Part shown: piece after piece, positions 1 through 18,313 of the stretch | How the letters are laid out: the number at the start of each line of letters is the position of its first letter | Numbering within the stretch: the first letter of the stretch is position 1 | NCBI RefSeq assembly: GCF_009914755.1 | Contig: NC_060930.1 | Reading direction: 5' to 3' (one strand) | DNA from: the human T2T-CHM13v2.0 reference genome, Homo sapiens | DNA length: 64,000 bases | The notes under the pieces: generated by a model | Database searches by the model: none | What the model saw: only the letters and a program-made list of their open reading frames with translations | Told to the model about the DNA's origin: nothing | Made by a program: the position numbers and the translations under genes

Positions 1-422
1 TTAGCAAGTGACATATTTTGTCTTGTTGAAGTCTAATTGTCCCGAACAGAGTGGATTTCTAGAATGCCACCCACATAGTAAACTGGCCTAAAGATAAATG
101 ATTTCTAGTGACCAAAATCTAATGTATACCAATTAGTGAGTCAATGTGAAAAAGGAGTAACTTGATTATACAATCTGCAGTTATTAGAATGTAGAAGCAA
201 TTTCAAAATGCACTTAAATTGCCTGTGTATGTGTTAATTTCAGGTTAAATTTGTATGTGACTTTTTCAAAATTATTCATCATACCAAAATGCAAATGTAA
301 TAGAAAGCCAAGAATTTACTCCAGAAAAGAAAACTTGTAACTTTAAAATATAAAATAATTCTAGTTTTTCACAATGAGTGCTAGTTATCCACAACTTTTG
401 ATGCTGTAAGAAACTCAAACTA

Positions 423-1460
423 GGTTTCCATTCCAAGATGGCTGAATAGGAACAGCTCCAGTCTGCAGCTCCCAGCGTGATCGATGCAGAAGACAGGTGA
501 TTTCTGCATTTACAACTGAGGTACCTGGTTCATTTCACTGGGACTGGTTGGACAGTGGGTGCAGCCCACGGAGGGCAAGCCAAAGCAGGGCGGGGCATTG
601 CCTCACCTGAGAAATGCAAGGGGTCAAGGGATTTCCCTTTCCTAGCCAAGGGAAGCTGTGACAGACTACCTGGAAGAATGGGACACTCACGCCCAAATAC
701 TGCACTTTTCCCACAGTCTTAGCAACTGGCAGACCAGGAGATTTTCTCCCATGCCTGGTTCGGCAGGTCCAATGCCCACAGAGCCTTGCTCACTGCTACT
801 GCAGAAGTCTGAGATTTACCAGCAAGGCTGCAGCCTGTCTAGGGGAGGGGCATCCACCATTGCTGAGGCTTGAGTAGGTAAACAAAGTGGCCGGGAAGCT
901 TGAACTGGGGCAGAGCCCACTGCAGCTCAACAAGGCCTACTGCCTCTATAGACACCACCTCTGTGGGCAGGGCATACCTGAACAAAAGGCAGCAGAAACT
1001 TCTGCAGACTTAAACGTCCCTGTCTGACAGCTCTGAAGAGAGCAGTGGTTCTCCCAGCATGGCGTCTGAGCTCTGAGAACAGACAGACTGGCTCCTCAAT
1101 TGGGTCCCTGACCCCTGTGTAGCCTAACTGGGAGACACCTCCCAGTAGGGGCCGACAGACACCTCATACAGGTGGGTGCCCCTCTGGGATGAAGCTTCCA
1201 GAGGAAGGATCAGGCAGCAATATTTGCTGTTCTGCAATATTTGCTGTTCTGCAGCCACCACTGGTGATACCCATGCAAACAGGGTATGGAGTGGACCTCC
1301 AGCAAACTCCAACAGATCTGCAGCTGAGGGACCTGACTATTAGAAGGAAAACTAACAAACAGAAAGGAATAGCATCAACATCAATGAAAAGGACATCTAC
1401 ACCAAAACCCCATCTGTAGGTCACCAGCATCAAAGATCAAAGGTAGATAAAACCACAAAG
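423..1460 (+). promoter_or_regulatory. L1 5'UTR internal promoter: YY1 motif, splice donor near +97, and the segment deleted in younger L1PA3/L1HS
   Basis: YY1-like CAAGATGGC at 434-442 and CTGAG|GTACCT donor at 520/521. The segment at about 1180-1310 corresponds to the KRAB-ZNF93-bound stretch absent from L1HS. Many CpGs are decayed. Confidence 0.65.
816..860 (-). pseudogene. L1 ORF0 remnant, truncated after 14 codons
   Basis: The minus strand reads gcaATG GTG GAT GCC CCT CCC CTA GAC AGG CTG CAG CCT TGC TGG TAA = MVDAPPLDRLQPCW*, followed by ISD. This is colinear with L1HS ORF0 MAGAPPPASLPPCSLISD. Confidence 0.7.
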
Positions 1461-2485
1461 ATGGGGAGAAACCAGAGCAGAAAAGCTGAAAATTCTAAAA
1501 ACCAGAGTGCCTCTTCTCCTCCAAAGGATCACAGCTCCTTGCCAGCAAAGGAACAAAGCTAGAGGGAGAATGACTTTGATGAGTTGACAGAAGTAGGCTT
1601 CAGAAGGTTGGTAATACCAAACTTCTCCTAGCTAAAGAAGCATGTTCTAACCCATTACAAGGAAGCTAAAAACCTTGAAAAAAGGTTAGATGAATGGCTA
1701 ACTAGAATAAACAGTGTAGAGAAGACCTTAAATGACCTGATGGAGCTGAAAACCATGGCAAGAGAACTTCATGATGCATGCACAAGCTTCAATAGCTGAT
1801 TTGATCAAGTGGAAGAAAGAGTATCAGTGATTGAATATCAAATTAATGAAATAAAGTGAGAAGACAAGTTTAGAAAAAAAAAGGGTAAAAAGAAACAAAC
1901 AAAGCCTCCAAGAAATATGGGACTATGTGAAAAGACAAAATCTACGTTTGATTGGTGTACCTGAAAGCAATGGGGAGAATGGAACCAAGTTGAAAAACAG
2001 TCTTCAGGATATCATCCAGGGGAACTTCCCCAACCTAGCAAGGCAGGCCAACATTCAAATTCAGGAAACACAGAGAACACCACGAAGGTACTCCTCGAGA
2101 AGAGCAACCCAAGACACATAATTATCAGATTCACTAAGGTAGAAATGAAGGAAAAAATGTAAAGAGCAGCCAGAGAGAAAGGTCGAGTTACCCACAAAAG
2201 GAAGCCCATCAGACTAATGGCGGATCTCTCAGCAGAAACTCTACAAGCCAGAAGAGAGTGGGGGCCAATTTCAACATTCTTAAAGAAGAGAAGTTTCAAC
2301 CCAGAATTTCATATCCAGCCAAACTAAGCTTCATAAGTGAAAGAGAAATAAAATCCTTTACAGACAAGCAAATGCTGAGAGATTTTTTTACCACCAGGCC
2401 TGCCTTACAAGAGCTCCTGAAGTAAGCACTAAACATGGAAAGGAACAACTGGTATCAGCCACTGCAAAAACATTGCAAATTGTAA
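1461..2485 (+). pseudogene. L1 ORF1p (RNA-binding), disrupted
   Basis: ATGGGGAGAAACCAGAGC start; track fragment KRQNLRLIGVPESNGENGTKL; several in-frame stops and frameshifts. Confidence 0.9.
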
Positions 2486-2548
2486 AGGCCACCAATGCTA
2501 TGAAGAAACTGCATCAATTAATGGGCAAAATAAACAGCGAACATCATA

Positions 2549-6383
<3,835 letters not shown>

Positions 6384-6603
6384 ACAATGAGGACACTTGG
6401 ACACAGGGCAGGGAACATCACACACCATGGCCTCTCAGGGAGTGGGGGTCTGGGGGAGGGATAGCATTAGGAGAAATACTTAATGTAAATGATGAGTTGG
6501 TGGGTGCAGCAAACCAACATGGCATATGTATACCTATGTAACAAATGTGCACGTTGTGCACATGTATCCTATAACTTAAAGTATAATTTAAAAAGCTCAA
6601 ACT

Positions 6604-6899
6604 AAAATCGATTTCTTCTTCTCAACTATTTTTTTTAAAAAAGATCTACTTTATTGGAAGAAAGATTGATATGTCTATCCTCTCATAGAAAATTACATAA
6701 AGATTGTTAGGTAATGGGACAGTAAAAGTATATAAAGGTAAAACATGTAGAAAAAAAGTGTTACAGAGATATATTAGACAGTTAATTTGAGATATATTAG
6801 ACAGTTAATTATGAAACCATTCTAGTTTTTATTACAGTATCTTTGATTACTTTTAGTTTCTAAATTTTCTCTTTCATAACTACTTTTGTGTTTTTAAAT

Positions 6900-6900
<1 letters not shown>
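6604..6900 (+). mobile_element. Degraded hAT-Tip100 (Zaphod-like) DNA transposon remnant; probable terminal piece at about 8385-8440
   Basis: Resembles recalled Zaphod 3' sequence (GAAAGATTGA...TCTCATAGAAAAT...TGTAGAAAAAAAGTGTTACAGAG...CAGTTAATT; later TTTTCTTAAAGAGG...AAATTGTATAA-CTTCAGG). Highly diverged. Confidence 0.35.
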
Positions 6901-8375
<1,475 letters not shown>

Positions 8376-8952
8376 CAGTTTGAATTATTTTTCTTAAAGA
8401 GGTTTTCCAAAATTGTATAATCTTCAGGCACCCCAAAATTTATTTTACTATTCTACCGTATAAATTATTCTTAGTCTTTCTTGTTTGTTTCTTTTCTCAC
8501 TAGCATATCACTTCTAAGAGTGCAAGGATTATTACCTTTTTTGTTCCCTAATCTGTTCCAAGGAGATTTATAGTGAAAGGACAGCATTTGCTTCTTCTTG
8601 GTGACCAAAAGGGACCTTAGCAACTTACAGTTATGGAGAAAAAAAGCAAATAAAAGTAACATACAAATTACCTTGGGGTAGAGAGTGATTTTTTTTTCAA
8701 GATTAGAAAAAAAAGAATTCTTCAATCTTGATTGGCTTAGTGTATTTACCCCTTTTCTGCTTAAGGAATTTTTGCCCTTTTTTTCCTTCGATGATTTATA
8801 AAGATTGTCAGAAAAATTTGTATTACTCATTTAGGGACGAATTTTTATTTTATTATGAAATTATTTTCACCATATATCCTAAAAACCAGCACTGGACTTA
8901 TCTGATCCAATGATCTAGTCTTGGTTTCATCCGCCTAATTATCTTATAGCAG

Positions 8953-9020
8953 GAGAATGGCAACACATGAAGAGTAGGCTGTTCAAGAAGAAAGGCCCTG
9001 ACAAAAAGCGAAGATGAAAG
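8953..9020 (+). other. Candidate exon 1 (contains putative ATG at 9014)
   Basis: CTAAT branch-like motif with TATCTTATAGCAG acceptor; AAG|GTAATT donor; ends ATG AAA G. No transcript evidence available. Confidence 0.3.
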
Positions 9021-10239
9021 GTAATTGATCAAACAGAAATGATACATTGTGAGTTACAGTTAATCAAAAGCTGAAGTAATTATGGTACATTATTGTTACA
9101 AAATTAGTATAGTAGTTAGGAGTCATTATTGGGATTACAATAGATACTCATTCAAGAAGCATTTATTGAAAACTTCCTTTGTTTTGAGCATTGTTCTAGA
9201 AGCTGGAAACGTGTAGGCAGATTAGATATAAACTCTACATGCAAAGACATCTAATCCAGAAGGGAACTCAGTCTATATATGAATAATTACTGGCAGTATT
9301 ATAAATACTTGTAGAAAGGTGTCAGAATGCTGAGGGAAATCAAGACCAATTCATCCTCTCAACATATTGGGGTTATATTTAGCTTGGAGAAAAATATACA
9401 GGTGCTCTAGGGTTTTATCTTGTCATCACTGCTATTGAGTAGAAAGAAATGTTTCTTTTATGATACTACCAGCATTTTAATGTCTATGGTTTATATGCAA
9501 ATATCAGGCTGTACTGGAGGTTGATTTTAGGGATATGGTTGAAGATTTTGGCCAATATATGAAGGTAATGAAGTAGTCAAAACCAGAATAAGTCAGAACT
9601 CATAGCAAGCTTTGGAAGAATCTGCAGTCATACAAAGCATATTCAGCATGAATACTTCAGAATGGCATTTCTCCCATCCTTGCATATATGAAAAACCTGT
9701 CACAATCACAGTATTTCTAGTGCAAAATACTATATAATAACATAGTGTCACTCACTGGATAAATTTTGGAAGATTTTCCTGTTTTAAAGGATTTTATTTT
9801 ATTTATAAATTTATTCAAAGAAGCAGTTTCTTCACTTTCTTATAATTCTTAGGGATAAAATATATTCGGCAAGTAAATTATGTCTAAATTTGGGTTCACT
9901 GGTTGGAAATAAAAAAGGAAGTAGCTTATCTTTGTTACAGCAATTTTTCAAATGATAGTATCTTTTTACCTTACCAGTTCGTAGAATTACCTCAGTGAAA
10001 GAAAAGGTCTATGCCAAACATTTTTCTGCAATCTGGACCAAATGTCTGAGATGAATTAAAATAAGAGAGGTTGGAAATAAGGGTGGAATAGCAAATTTTG
10101 GATGTTTTTGTGCATACTTGTTTTTGAGATCATGTAATATATGATAAAAAATACAAATACCCATTTTTATAAAATCAAGTTGAACTTAACTTAAAAATAA
10201 TACATATTTGGGGACAGGTATTCAGCTTTGCCAATATTT

Positions 10240-10570
10240 AAAAATTTTTCATTCACTCCAGTGTTGAATTTAGCAATTGTCCTTGTGTTTAGAACTAGAA
10301 ATACAATGAAAAACCAGATAGACATGGTTATCTGACCACGGAGTTCAAAGTCTAGCAGGTAAGACAAACAAACTTGAAATTGAAATAAGTGTAATAAATG
10401 CCTTGATGGGGAGTGACAGCGGCATCATGGGTGGGAGGACATAGAAGGAGATCAAGTCTTGTGTGTGTGTGTGCCTGTTTGGTGTGTGTGTGTGTGTGTA
10501 TCTGTGTACCCATGGAGATGTGCAGGTGTGTGTGAAAACTTTCCAGGAGAAATGATGGTTATGCTGGTAT
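10240..10570 (-). mobile_element. L2 fragment containing an imperfect (TG)n microsatellite (about 10460-10500)
   Basis: L2 3'-end-like antisense sequence (AGACATGGTTATCTGACCACGGAGTTCAAAGTCTAG); visible TG repeats. Confidence 0.5.
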
Positions 10571-11354
10571 CTTAAAAATAAACACAAAATAAAATAAATA
10601 TAATATAGTCTCCATCATCCATAATGATAGGGGGAATTCAGAACAATAAAAGAAATAATGCCTTTGAAAGCAGTAATTGCTTGTGTGCCTTAGGTAAGTA
10701 ATTTAACAGATTATATGTAATTTAAATTTCTTTTTAACTTGATATTCAATGACTTTATTAAATTAATTCTGAATGGTTAATTTTTTTTCTGCTTTGCAAA
10801 TTTTATAACTGCAGATTATCTAGATACTTCATAGCTACAACTTATCCATTTTAATTTTGAAGACTGTCCAACACGTTAAAAAAAAAAACAACTCTATGTA
10901 GGGGAAAATTGTGAATTCCGATTGAGCATAAAGCTAGAAATTCAATAGAAGGAGAGTTTTGACTTTTGAAAGATGTGTTGGCTGAAAAAATATACTCTGT
11001 CGTTTAGATTTCCTTTGTGCAGTGGAATAAATAGAGGGCATGAATTCTAGGATGATAGATGAAATGCAGTTTCTTTCAAGGTCTGAGGTGGAGAAAAGTT
11101 CAGTAAGAGAGCAAGCAACGGTGATATTATAGTGAATTCTGATCACTGAGGTAAACCAACTGGCAGGGCATTTATTTCTGTCATGTTATGAGAAGCATAT
11201 CTAGGAAAAGAGGAAAAATATTAAAATGTATACTTTCATTCAATATTTGTTCCACAAATATTTACTGAGTATTTTCTGTTGGACAGATACCATACCAGCC
11301 AAATAAGCAGCTCAAAGTCTACTGGAACTGACAGATATGAAAAATCAATTATTT

Positions 11355-11560
11355 CTTTAATAGTAATAGTAATAGTTAATGATAAACAAGGGCCTACTAG
11401 GTGCAAGACACTGTGCTAAGTCTCTCACATGGCTGCTCTGATTTAATAGTCACAAAAGTATTATAGATACCTTTTTATGGGTACATTTGCTATTTTTAAT
11501 CTGGTTTTATAGAAAAGTAAACAGGCTAGAGAAATAAGTTCAGTAGCATACCCCAGGTGA
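11355..11560 (-). mobile_element. MIR
   Basis: CCTACTAGGTGCAAGACACTGTGCTAAG and TTTTATAGAAAAGTAAACAGGCTAGAGA match the MIR core antisense. Confidence 0.6.
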
Positions 11561-11614
11561 TTCAAGTAGTATGGTAATTGCTATGAGAGATGTAAATGCA
11601 GTTTTTTTTTCTGT

Positions 11615-11880
11615 GAATATTTTAAATAAATATTTTGTTTTGAAATACATTTAGATAATACAAAGATAGTACAGACAGTTCCCATATATTGCTCACCAGT
11701 TTTAGGTATGAAATCTCCTTATGTTACTATCTTATGTTTCCATGGTACATTTGTCAAAACCAGGAAACACACATTGGTACATTGCTATTAACTAAACTCC
11801 AAACTTTTTTTGAATTTTAGCATTTCTTTTCTTTTTTCTGTTTCAGGATCCAATCCAGGATACCATATTATTTCATGCTA
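11615..11880 (-). mobile_element. Old L1 (L1MC/L1MD) 3' end fragment
   Basis: CATGGTACATTTGTCAAAAC...ACATTGGTACATTGCTATTAACTAAACT and GGATCCAATCCAGGATACCA. Confidence 0.6.
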
Positions 11881-11884
11881 CGTC

Positions 11885-12960
11885 TGAAAGTTCTAAAACA
11901 GAGCACAAAGAAGGCTCACTAAGGTAGGATGGGTGTGGCAGGAAGAACAATGTGGGGAAAGGATAGACGAATATATACAAAGAGGAGGTGATGCTTGCAC
12001 TTGGTCTTAAACATTCAGGTGAAGTCATTAAAGAAAAAGTAAGAGAACAGCATTAAAGACAAGGAGAAAAATATGTTAAAATATGGTGTAAATGGGTAAA
12101 TTGCAAGTGGTTCAAAAGGACTAAATCATATATTTAGAAAAATGGCATGAGGTAGGACTAGGGAGTTAGGCCAGCAAGAAAACTTAAGGGCCCTGATACC
12201 ATGTTTAAGAATGTTCCCTTTATGTTAAAGTCGTCAAAGCCATTGAAAGATTTAGGCAGAAGAATAACAGTCAGATTATGTTTGAAACTGAATTTGATAG
12301 CATTATGGAAGTACAGATGTTGAATGGACAAAGAGATTATTTAGAATCTATTATCATAGTCTGGGTAAGAAATAACAGAAATAATGAAGTACTGAACAAA
12401 ATCTATGCCAGTAGATATGGCAGAGTTATACAAAATGTGAATGAGTTTAAATTAATATCACTGGAGAGAGATTGAGGATTCAAGTTTAACCATTTGGTTG
12501 TTTGATGAATGGTTGTGGTATCCACTAAAATGGGAGATGAAGAAAGATAAATAGAAATTGGAATACAATTGTAAGTTCAATTTTTGACATCTTTTTTCTG
12601 AAAAGTCTTTGGTACCACCGTTAGCAGGAGTCCAAAACACAATTAAAAACAAAAATATTGCGATCATATCTGAGATGACCATATAGATTTTAATCTCTTT
12701 GCATCACATCCATAATGCTAAAGCTAAGCACTGTAAGATTATAGGGTGATAGTAACAGAATCTAAGAACAACAAGGGATTCTATCATGGAAAAATCAGAC
12801 TAAAGTGAAAAAGCAATACTGATAACGGACTGATGTGAAGGAGGGAGAAAGCTGCAATAAATGATGACAGAGAAGACAGAAGAGAAAAGAATTTCAAAAG
12901 GGAAATGTGATCGACTTTGTCAAATGTTTTATAGTTCTTGAACAAAATAAGTGAAAATTA
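11885..12960 (-). mobile_element. L2 fragment(s)
   Basis: Purine-rich antisense L2-like sequence (AGCCATTGAAAGATTTAGGCAG, ATCTGAGATGACCATATAGATTT). Confidence 0.5.
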
Positions 12961-12974
12961 GGCACTTTTTGCTT

Positions 12975-13550
12975 TAGGTCCAACATGCGAGTCATCATCC
13001 CCATTCTTAAAACAAGAAAAAGGTTGAACAAAATGAAAGCACCAACTTTCTTTGACTAATTTTTCGTGAAGTTTACAGGGCAAAAATTGTCACCCCAAAA
13101 GCTGGAGAGTTAGGTGAATACAGAAAGTGAAAGATGCTCTATTACCTGAAGCAGAACCCACTGGAGCCATAATCTGGTAGGGAGACTTAAATGGGAAATT
13201 TGACAAATTGAGGAAGCTGAGCGGACCAGCCTGAGAGTAAGAAACTCCTGGGGTATCACATTTCCCTGGTTTCCTCTAGAAATCTCACCAGGTTCTCAAG
13301 GTAAAGAGTCAAAATAAATTCCTTCATGACTCTGGCAGGAGAGGGGAAAAGTAACCATTGTGAAATAAGCTCAGAGCATTTTTTATAGTAAAGGCCTACT
13401 CCAGAAAAAAGCAAAAAAACAAAAAAACGGAACTCTATCCTACCTGAGGGAGAGACATTTCCCAGATTCTATACCCTCTAGCCTTTTTTTGGTCTCAAAT
13501 AGTGGTGAAAAACTAGAAAAATTTGTGAAAGTAACAGCTAATATTTAATT
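12975..13550 (+). mobile_element. L1MD/L1MC-type 5' end fragment
   Basis: TGAACAAAATGAAAG...ACAGGGCAAAAATTGTCACCCCAAAAGCTGGAGAG resembles the L1MDa 5' region. Confidence 0.5.
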
Positions 13551-13566
13551 TTAAGATAATATTTAG

Positions 13567-13875
<309 letters not shown>

Positions 13876-14642
13876 GATAATATTTAATAATAAGATGATA
13901 GAAAGCTCACACGCATCCCCCCCAAAGAAAATTAAGGCACGCACTTTCCAGAGCCTGAGGGCTTCCTATATGAGGCTCTGACAAGTGACTGTGTCCCCAG
14001 AGTGGCAAAAACCCTTATGCTTTGGCTTAGGAGTGGTGAGGGAAATTCCCCTTCCCACTCTGCATACTGCCATAGCAGTTGCTGCCACTGGGAACCAGAC
14101 AGGTAAGCCTGAGATCTGACTATATGGGGTTGGTGGCAATGACCTCACCCCAACTGATGGAACAGCCTCTGTGCTCTGGCTTTTGAGTAGAGAGCATGAT
14201 CTCTTTCCCTCTCATCTCATTGCAGCTACAGCTACTGCTGCTGTCACCAGGGGCTGGGTTGGATGAGGCAGAGGGCTACCTGTCTGAGGCTGTGAGTGGC
14301 AACCATGCCCCAATTGGTGGCACGGACTCTGTGCTCTAGCTCATGTGCAAGGTGTGAGTCCCTTCTCCCCTCTGAAGGGTGGGACACCTCCTCTGCATGG
14401 CACTGTAGCACTGCTGCCACCAAGAGCAGAAGAGACTAAAAGCTGAATGTCTTGGGTTGTGGATGGCAACCCTGCTTCACAGCCACTGCCAATATCAGGA
14501 AGCACTGCTTGGGACCCACAGAGTTGTCCCACAACTGTTGCTGTGGATTGCTCATACCACGCTAGCTGCCTAGGGAGCTGAGAACTCACTCTTCCAGCCA
14601 GTTCACTGCTGCTACTACTGGCATCTGAGCAAGCTACTCAGA

Positions 14643-14698
14643 TATGGAGTATGGAGTATGGAGTATGGAGTGTGGAGTGTGGAGTATGGAGTATGGAG
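14643..14698 (+). repeat. Heptamer tandem repeat (TRTGGAG)8
   Basis: TATGGAG x4, TGTGGAG x2, TATGGAG x2, read directly. Confidence 0.95.
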
Positions 14699-17600
14699 GA
14701 CCATACCTAAAAATAATGAAGATCTTCTATGACAATCCCACAACCAATACTGTATCGAGATGAAGAAAAGTTGAAAGCCTGTCTTCTAAGCATTGGAATA
14801 ACACAATAATACATAGCCCACCTGGTTGTGCTATCACCAGTGTTAGTGTATGCCAGTCTGGGGCCCATGAAAAGGCATGCTCAATCCACTACTTTTATCA
14901 CTGGGGCCCTAAGACTGGCCTACTTTGAGCCTGTGTCTCCGAGAAAACTTCATCATAGCCTCCACTAATAGACACACCTCAAGCCATCTAGAAAATCACA
15001 AATACCACTCACATTGTTTACGTTCAAAGAAATCATACAGAAACTACACAGCAGCATGCACTCAGAATCAAAGCCAAAGGGCTCTACCCAGCCAACACCA
15101 CTGATACCTCTTCAGGAAAAACTCATCCCATATGAAAGCAAATTTTAAAAATTGGAAGAAGTGACTGTCACACCAGATGTACAGATTTCAGTGTGAAGAC
15201 ACTAGAAACATAAAAAACCAAGAAAATATGATACCTCCAAAAGAATGCAATAATTCCTCAACCACAGATTCCAATAAAAATGAAATTCGTAAAATTCTGG
15301 AAAAAGAATATAAAATTATGATACTAAAGAAGCACAGTGAGATACAAGATAATTTTAAAAAATCAGAAAAAAGAATTCAGAACATTAGTAAAAAATTTAG
15401 CAAAGAGGTAGATATCATAAAAAAAGAACAAAATAGAACTTCTGGAATTGAAGAATTCCTTGAATAAAATATAAAATACAATTAAAAACTTCAACAATAT
15501 ATTAGATCAAGCAAAAGAAAGAATCTCAGAATATAAAGACAGATTTTTTGAAATAACCCAGTCAGACACAAAGAAATAAAAAATAATAGAAAAGAATAAA
15601 TAAAACTTTCATGATATATGGTATACCACACAGCAACCAAATATATAAATTATTGATAACCCTGAAGGCAAATAGAAAATGTTTGAAATCCTATTTAATA
15701 AAATAAAAAAAATTTCCCAAGTCCAGCAAGAGAGGTAGACATCCAGATATAGGAGTCCCACTAATCCCCAAACAAATACAGTGTAAAAGTTCTTCTCCAC
15801 ATTATAGCCAAACTGTCTAATGTCAATGACAAAATAAAATTCTGGAAAGCAAGAGAAAAGTGTCTAGTCACCTACAAAGGAGACCTCATCAGACTAACAG
15901 CAGACTTATGAGCAAAAACCTTAAGGCCAGAAGAGAATAGGATGATGTATTCAAAATGCTGGAAAACAAAAAAACACTGCCACCCAAAGATACTATATCC
16001 AGCAAAATTCTCCTATATACATGAAGCAGAAAAAAAGTTTTTCCCAGACAAGCAAATACAGAGGGAATTCATCACCACCAGACCAGCTTTACAAGAAATA
16101 CTCAGGGGAGTCCAAAACCTGGAAGCAAAAGGATGGTGCCATCATGAAAATGCATATGTATAAAACTCACTTGTAATGCAAACACACAAATAAGGAAAAG
16201 ACTCAAATGTTGCCAACACAGAAAACCAGCAAAACACAAGGACAAGCCATAAGAGGAAAAGGAATAAAGAATATACAAAACAGCCAGAAAACAACTAAGA
16301 ATATAACCGGAAGTAAACCTTAGATATCAATAATAACCTTGAATATAAATCGATTAAATTTTCCACTTAAAAGATACAGACTGGCTAAATTGATTAAAAA
16401 AATGATTCAACTCTATGCTTCATATAAGAAACATACTTACCTGTAAAGACACATATAGACTGGAAGTAAGGGAATGCAGAAGGATATTTCATGCAAATGA
16501 AAACCAAAAGTGAATATGAGAAACTATACTTATATCAAATAAAACACACTTTATGTCAAAAACAGTATGAAAAGACAAAGAAGGTTATTACATAATTATA
16601 AAGGTATCACTCCAACAAGAGGATACAATTCTAAAATATATATGCACCCAACACTAGAGCACCCAGATAAATAAAACAAATTACTAGATCAAAAGAAAAA
16701 GATAGACTCCAATACAATAAAAATAGGGAACTTCAAAACCCTGCTTTCAGCATTAGACATATCTTCTAGACGGAAAATCAACAAAGAAATATTGGATTTG
16801 AACTGGACTTTAGAACAAATGGACCTAAGAGACATTTACAGATTATTTTATCCACCAATTGCACAATACACATTCTTCTAATTAGCATATGGTACATTCT
16901 CCAAGATTAACCGTATGTTAGGCCACAACACAAGTCTCAACAAATTTTAAAAAATCAAAATCATATCAAGTATCTTCTCAGATCATAATGGAATAAATCT
17001 AAAAATCACTACCAAGAGGAGCTTTGGAATCAGTACAAATACATGGAAATTAAACAACATGCTCAGGAATAACCAGGTAAATAAATAAATAAAGATGGAA
17101 ATTAAAAAATTCTTTAAATAAATAAAAATGGAAACAACATATCAAAACCAATGGGGTATAGCAAAAGCAGTGCCAAGAGGGAATTTTATAGTAATAAATG
17201 CCTGCATCTAGAAAAACAGAAAGAATTCAAATAAACAATCTAATAATGCACCTCAATGTACTAGAAAATTAAAAAAACAAACCAAAACCCAAATTAGCAG
17301 AAGAAAAGAAATAATAAAGATCAGAGCAGAAGTAAACAAAATAGAAACAAAGAAGCAACACAAAGGATCAATGAAACAAAAAGTTGGGGTTCAAAAAGTT
17401 AAGCAAAAGTGATAAACCAGCTTGATTGATCTAGGAAAGAAGAGGGACGACCCAAATAAAATCACAAATGAAAAAGGACAACACAGAAATGCAAAAGATC
17501 ATCAGAGACTATTATGACAAACTATACAGTAGTAAATTGGAAAACCTGGGGAAAATGAACAAATTCCTCTAAACAAGTAAAGAAAACCCTAGGCATAGAT

Positions 17601-18265
17601 GGATTCACAATATAATTCTGTGGAATGTATAAAGAAGGACTTACACCCATCCTTCTGAAACTATTCCAAAAAATTGAAGAGAAGGGAACTCTACACAACC
17701 CATTCTACAAGGCCAGCATTACCCTGATATCAAAACCAGACAAGGACACAACAACAATATCCCTGATGAGCACAGACATAAAAATCCCCCACCAAATACT
17801 ATCCAACTGAATCCCACAGCACATCAAAAAGATAATACACCACAATCAAGTGGAATTTATACCAGGGATGCAATGATGGTTCCATATATGCAAATTAATA
17901 AACATAATATGTCATATCAACAGAATGAAGAACAGAAACCATATATGATCATCTCAATAGATGCAGATAAAGCATTTGACAATATTCTAAACCCTTTCAT
18001 GATAAAAACTGTCAACAAAGTAGGCATAGAAGGACCATACCTAAAAATAGTAAAGGCCATCTATGAAAATCCTACAACCAATACTGTATTGAGTTGAAGA
18101 AAAGTTGAAAGCCTAAGAAGTGGAAGAACACAAAAATGCCCATTTTCACTACTACTATTTAGCAGAGTACTGGGTCTTAGTCACAGCAATGAGATAAGAG
18201 AAAAAAATATAAAGCATCCAAATTGGAAAAGAGAATGTCAATTGTCCCTCCTTTCAGATGACATA

Positions 18266-18268
<3 letters not shown>

Positions 18269-18312
<44 letters not shown>
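18269..18312. repeat. (TA)22 microsatellite
   Basis: Perfect TA run immediately after CAGATGACATAATT (RT active-site codons). Confidence 0.95.

Positions 18313-18313
<1 letters not shown>

Noticed and set aside
1217-1250. 17-bp tandem repeat GCAATATTTGCTGTTCT x2 in the L1 5'UTR
   Set aside because: As I recall this is a subfamily consensus feature rather than a locus-specific event.
6766-6810. 22-bp tandem duplication (also a 19-bp one at 20542-20579)
   Set aside because: Ordinary slippage duplications inside dead repeats.
8530-10050. Minus-strand exon-like segments (about 8535-8620, 9470-9696, 9991-10045) as an unprocessed pseudogene
   Set aside because: Some acceptors are weak, most frames have stops, and I found no consistent phase or recognisable protein.
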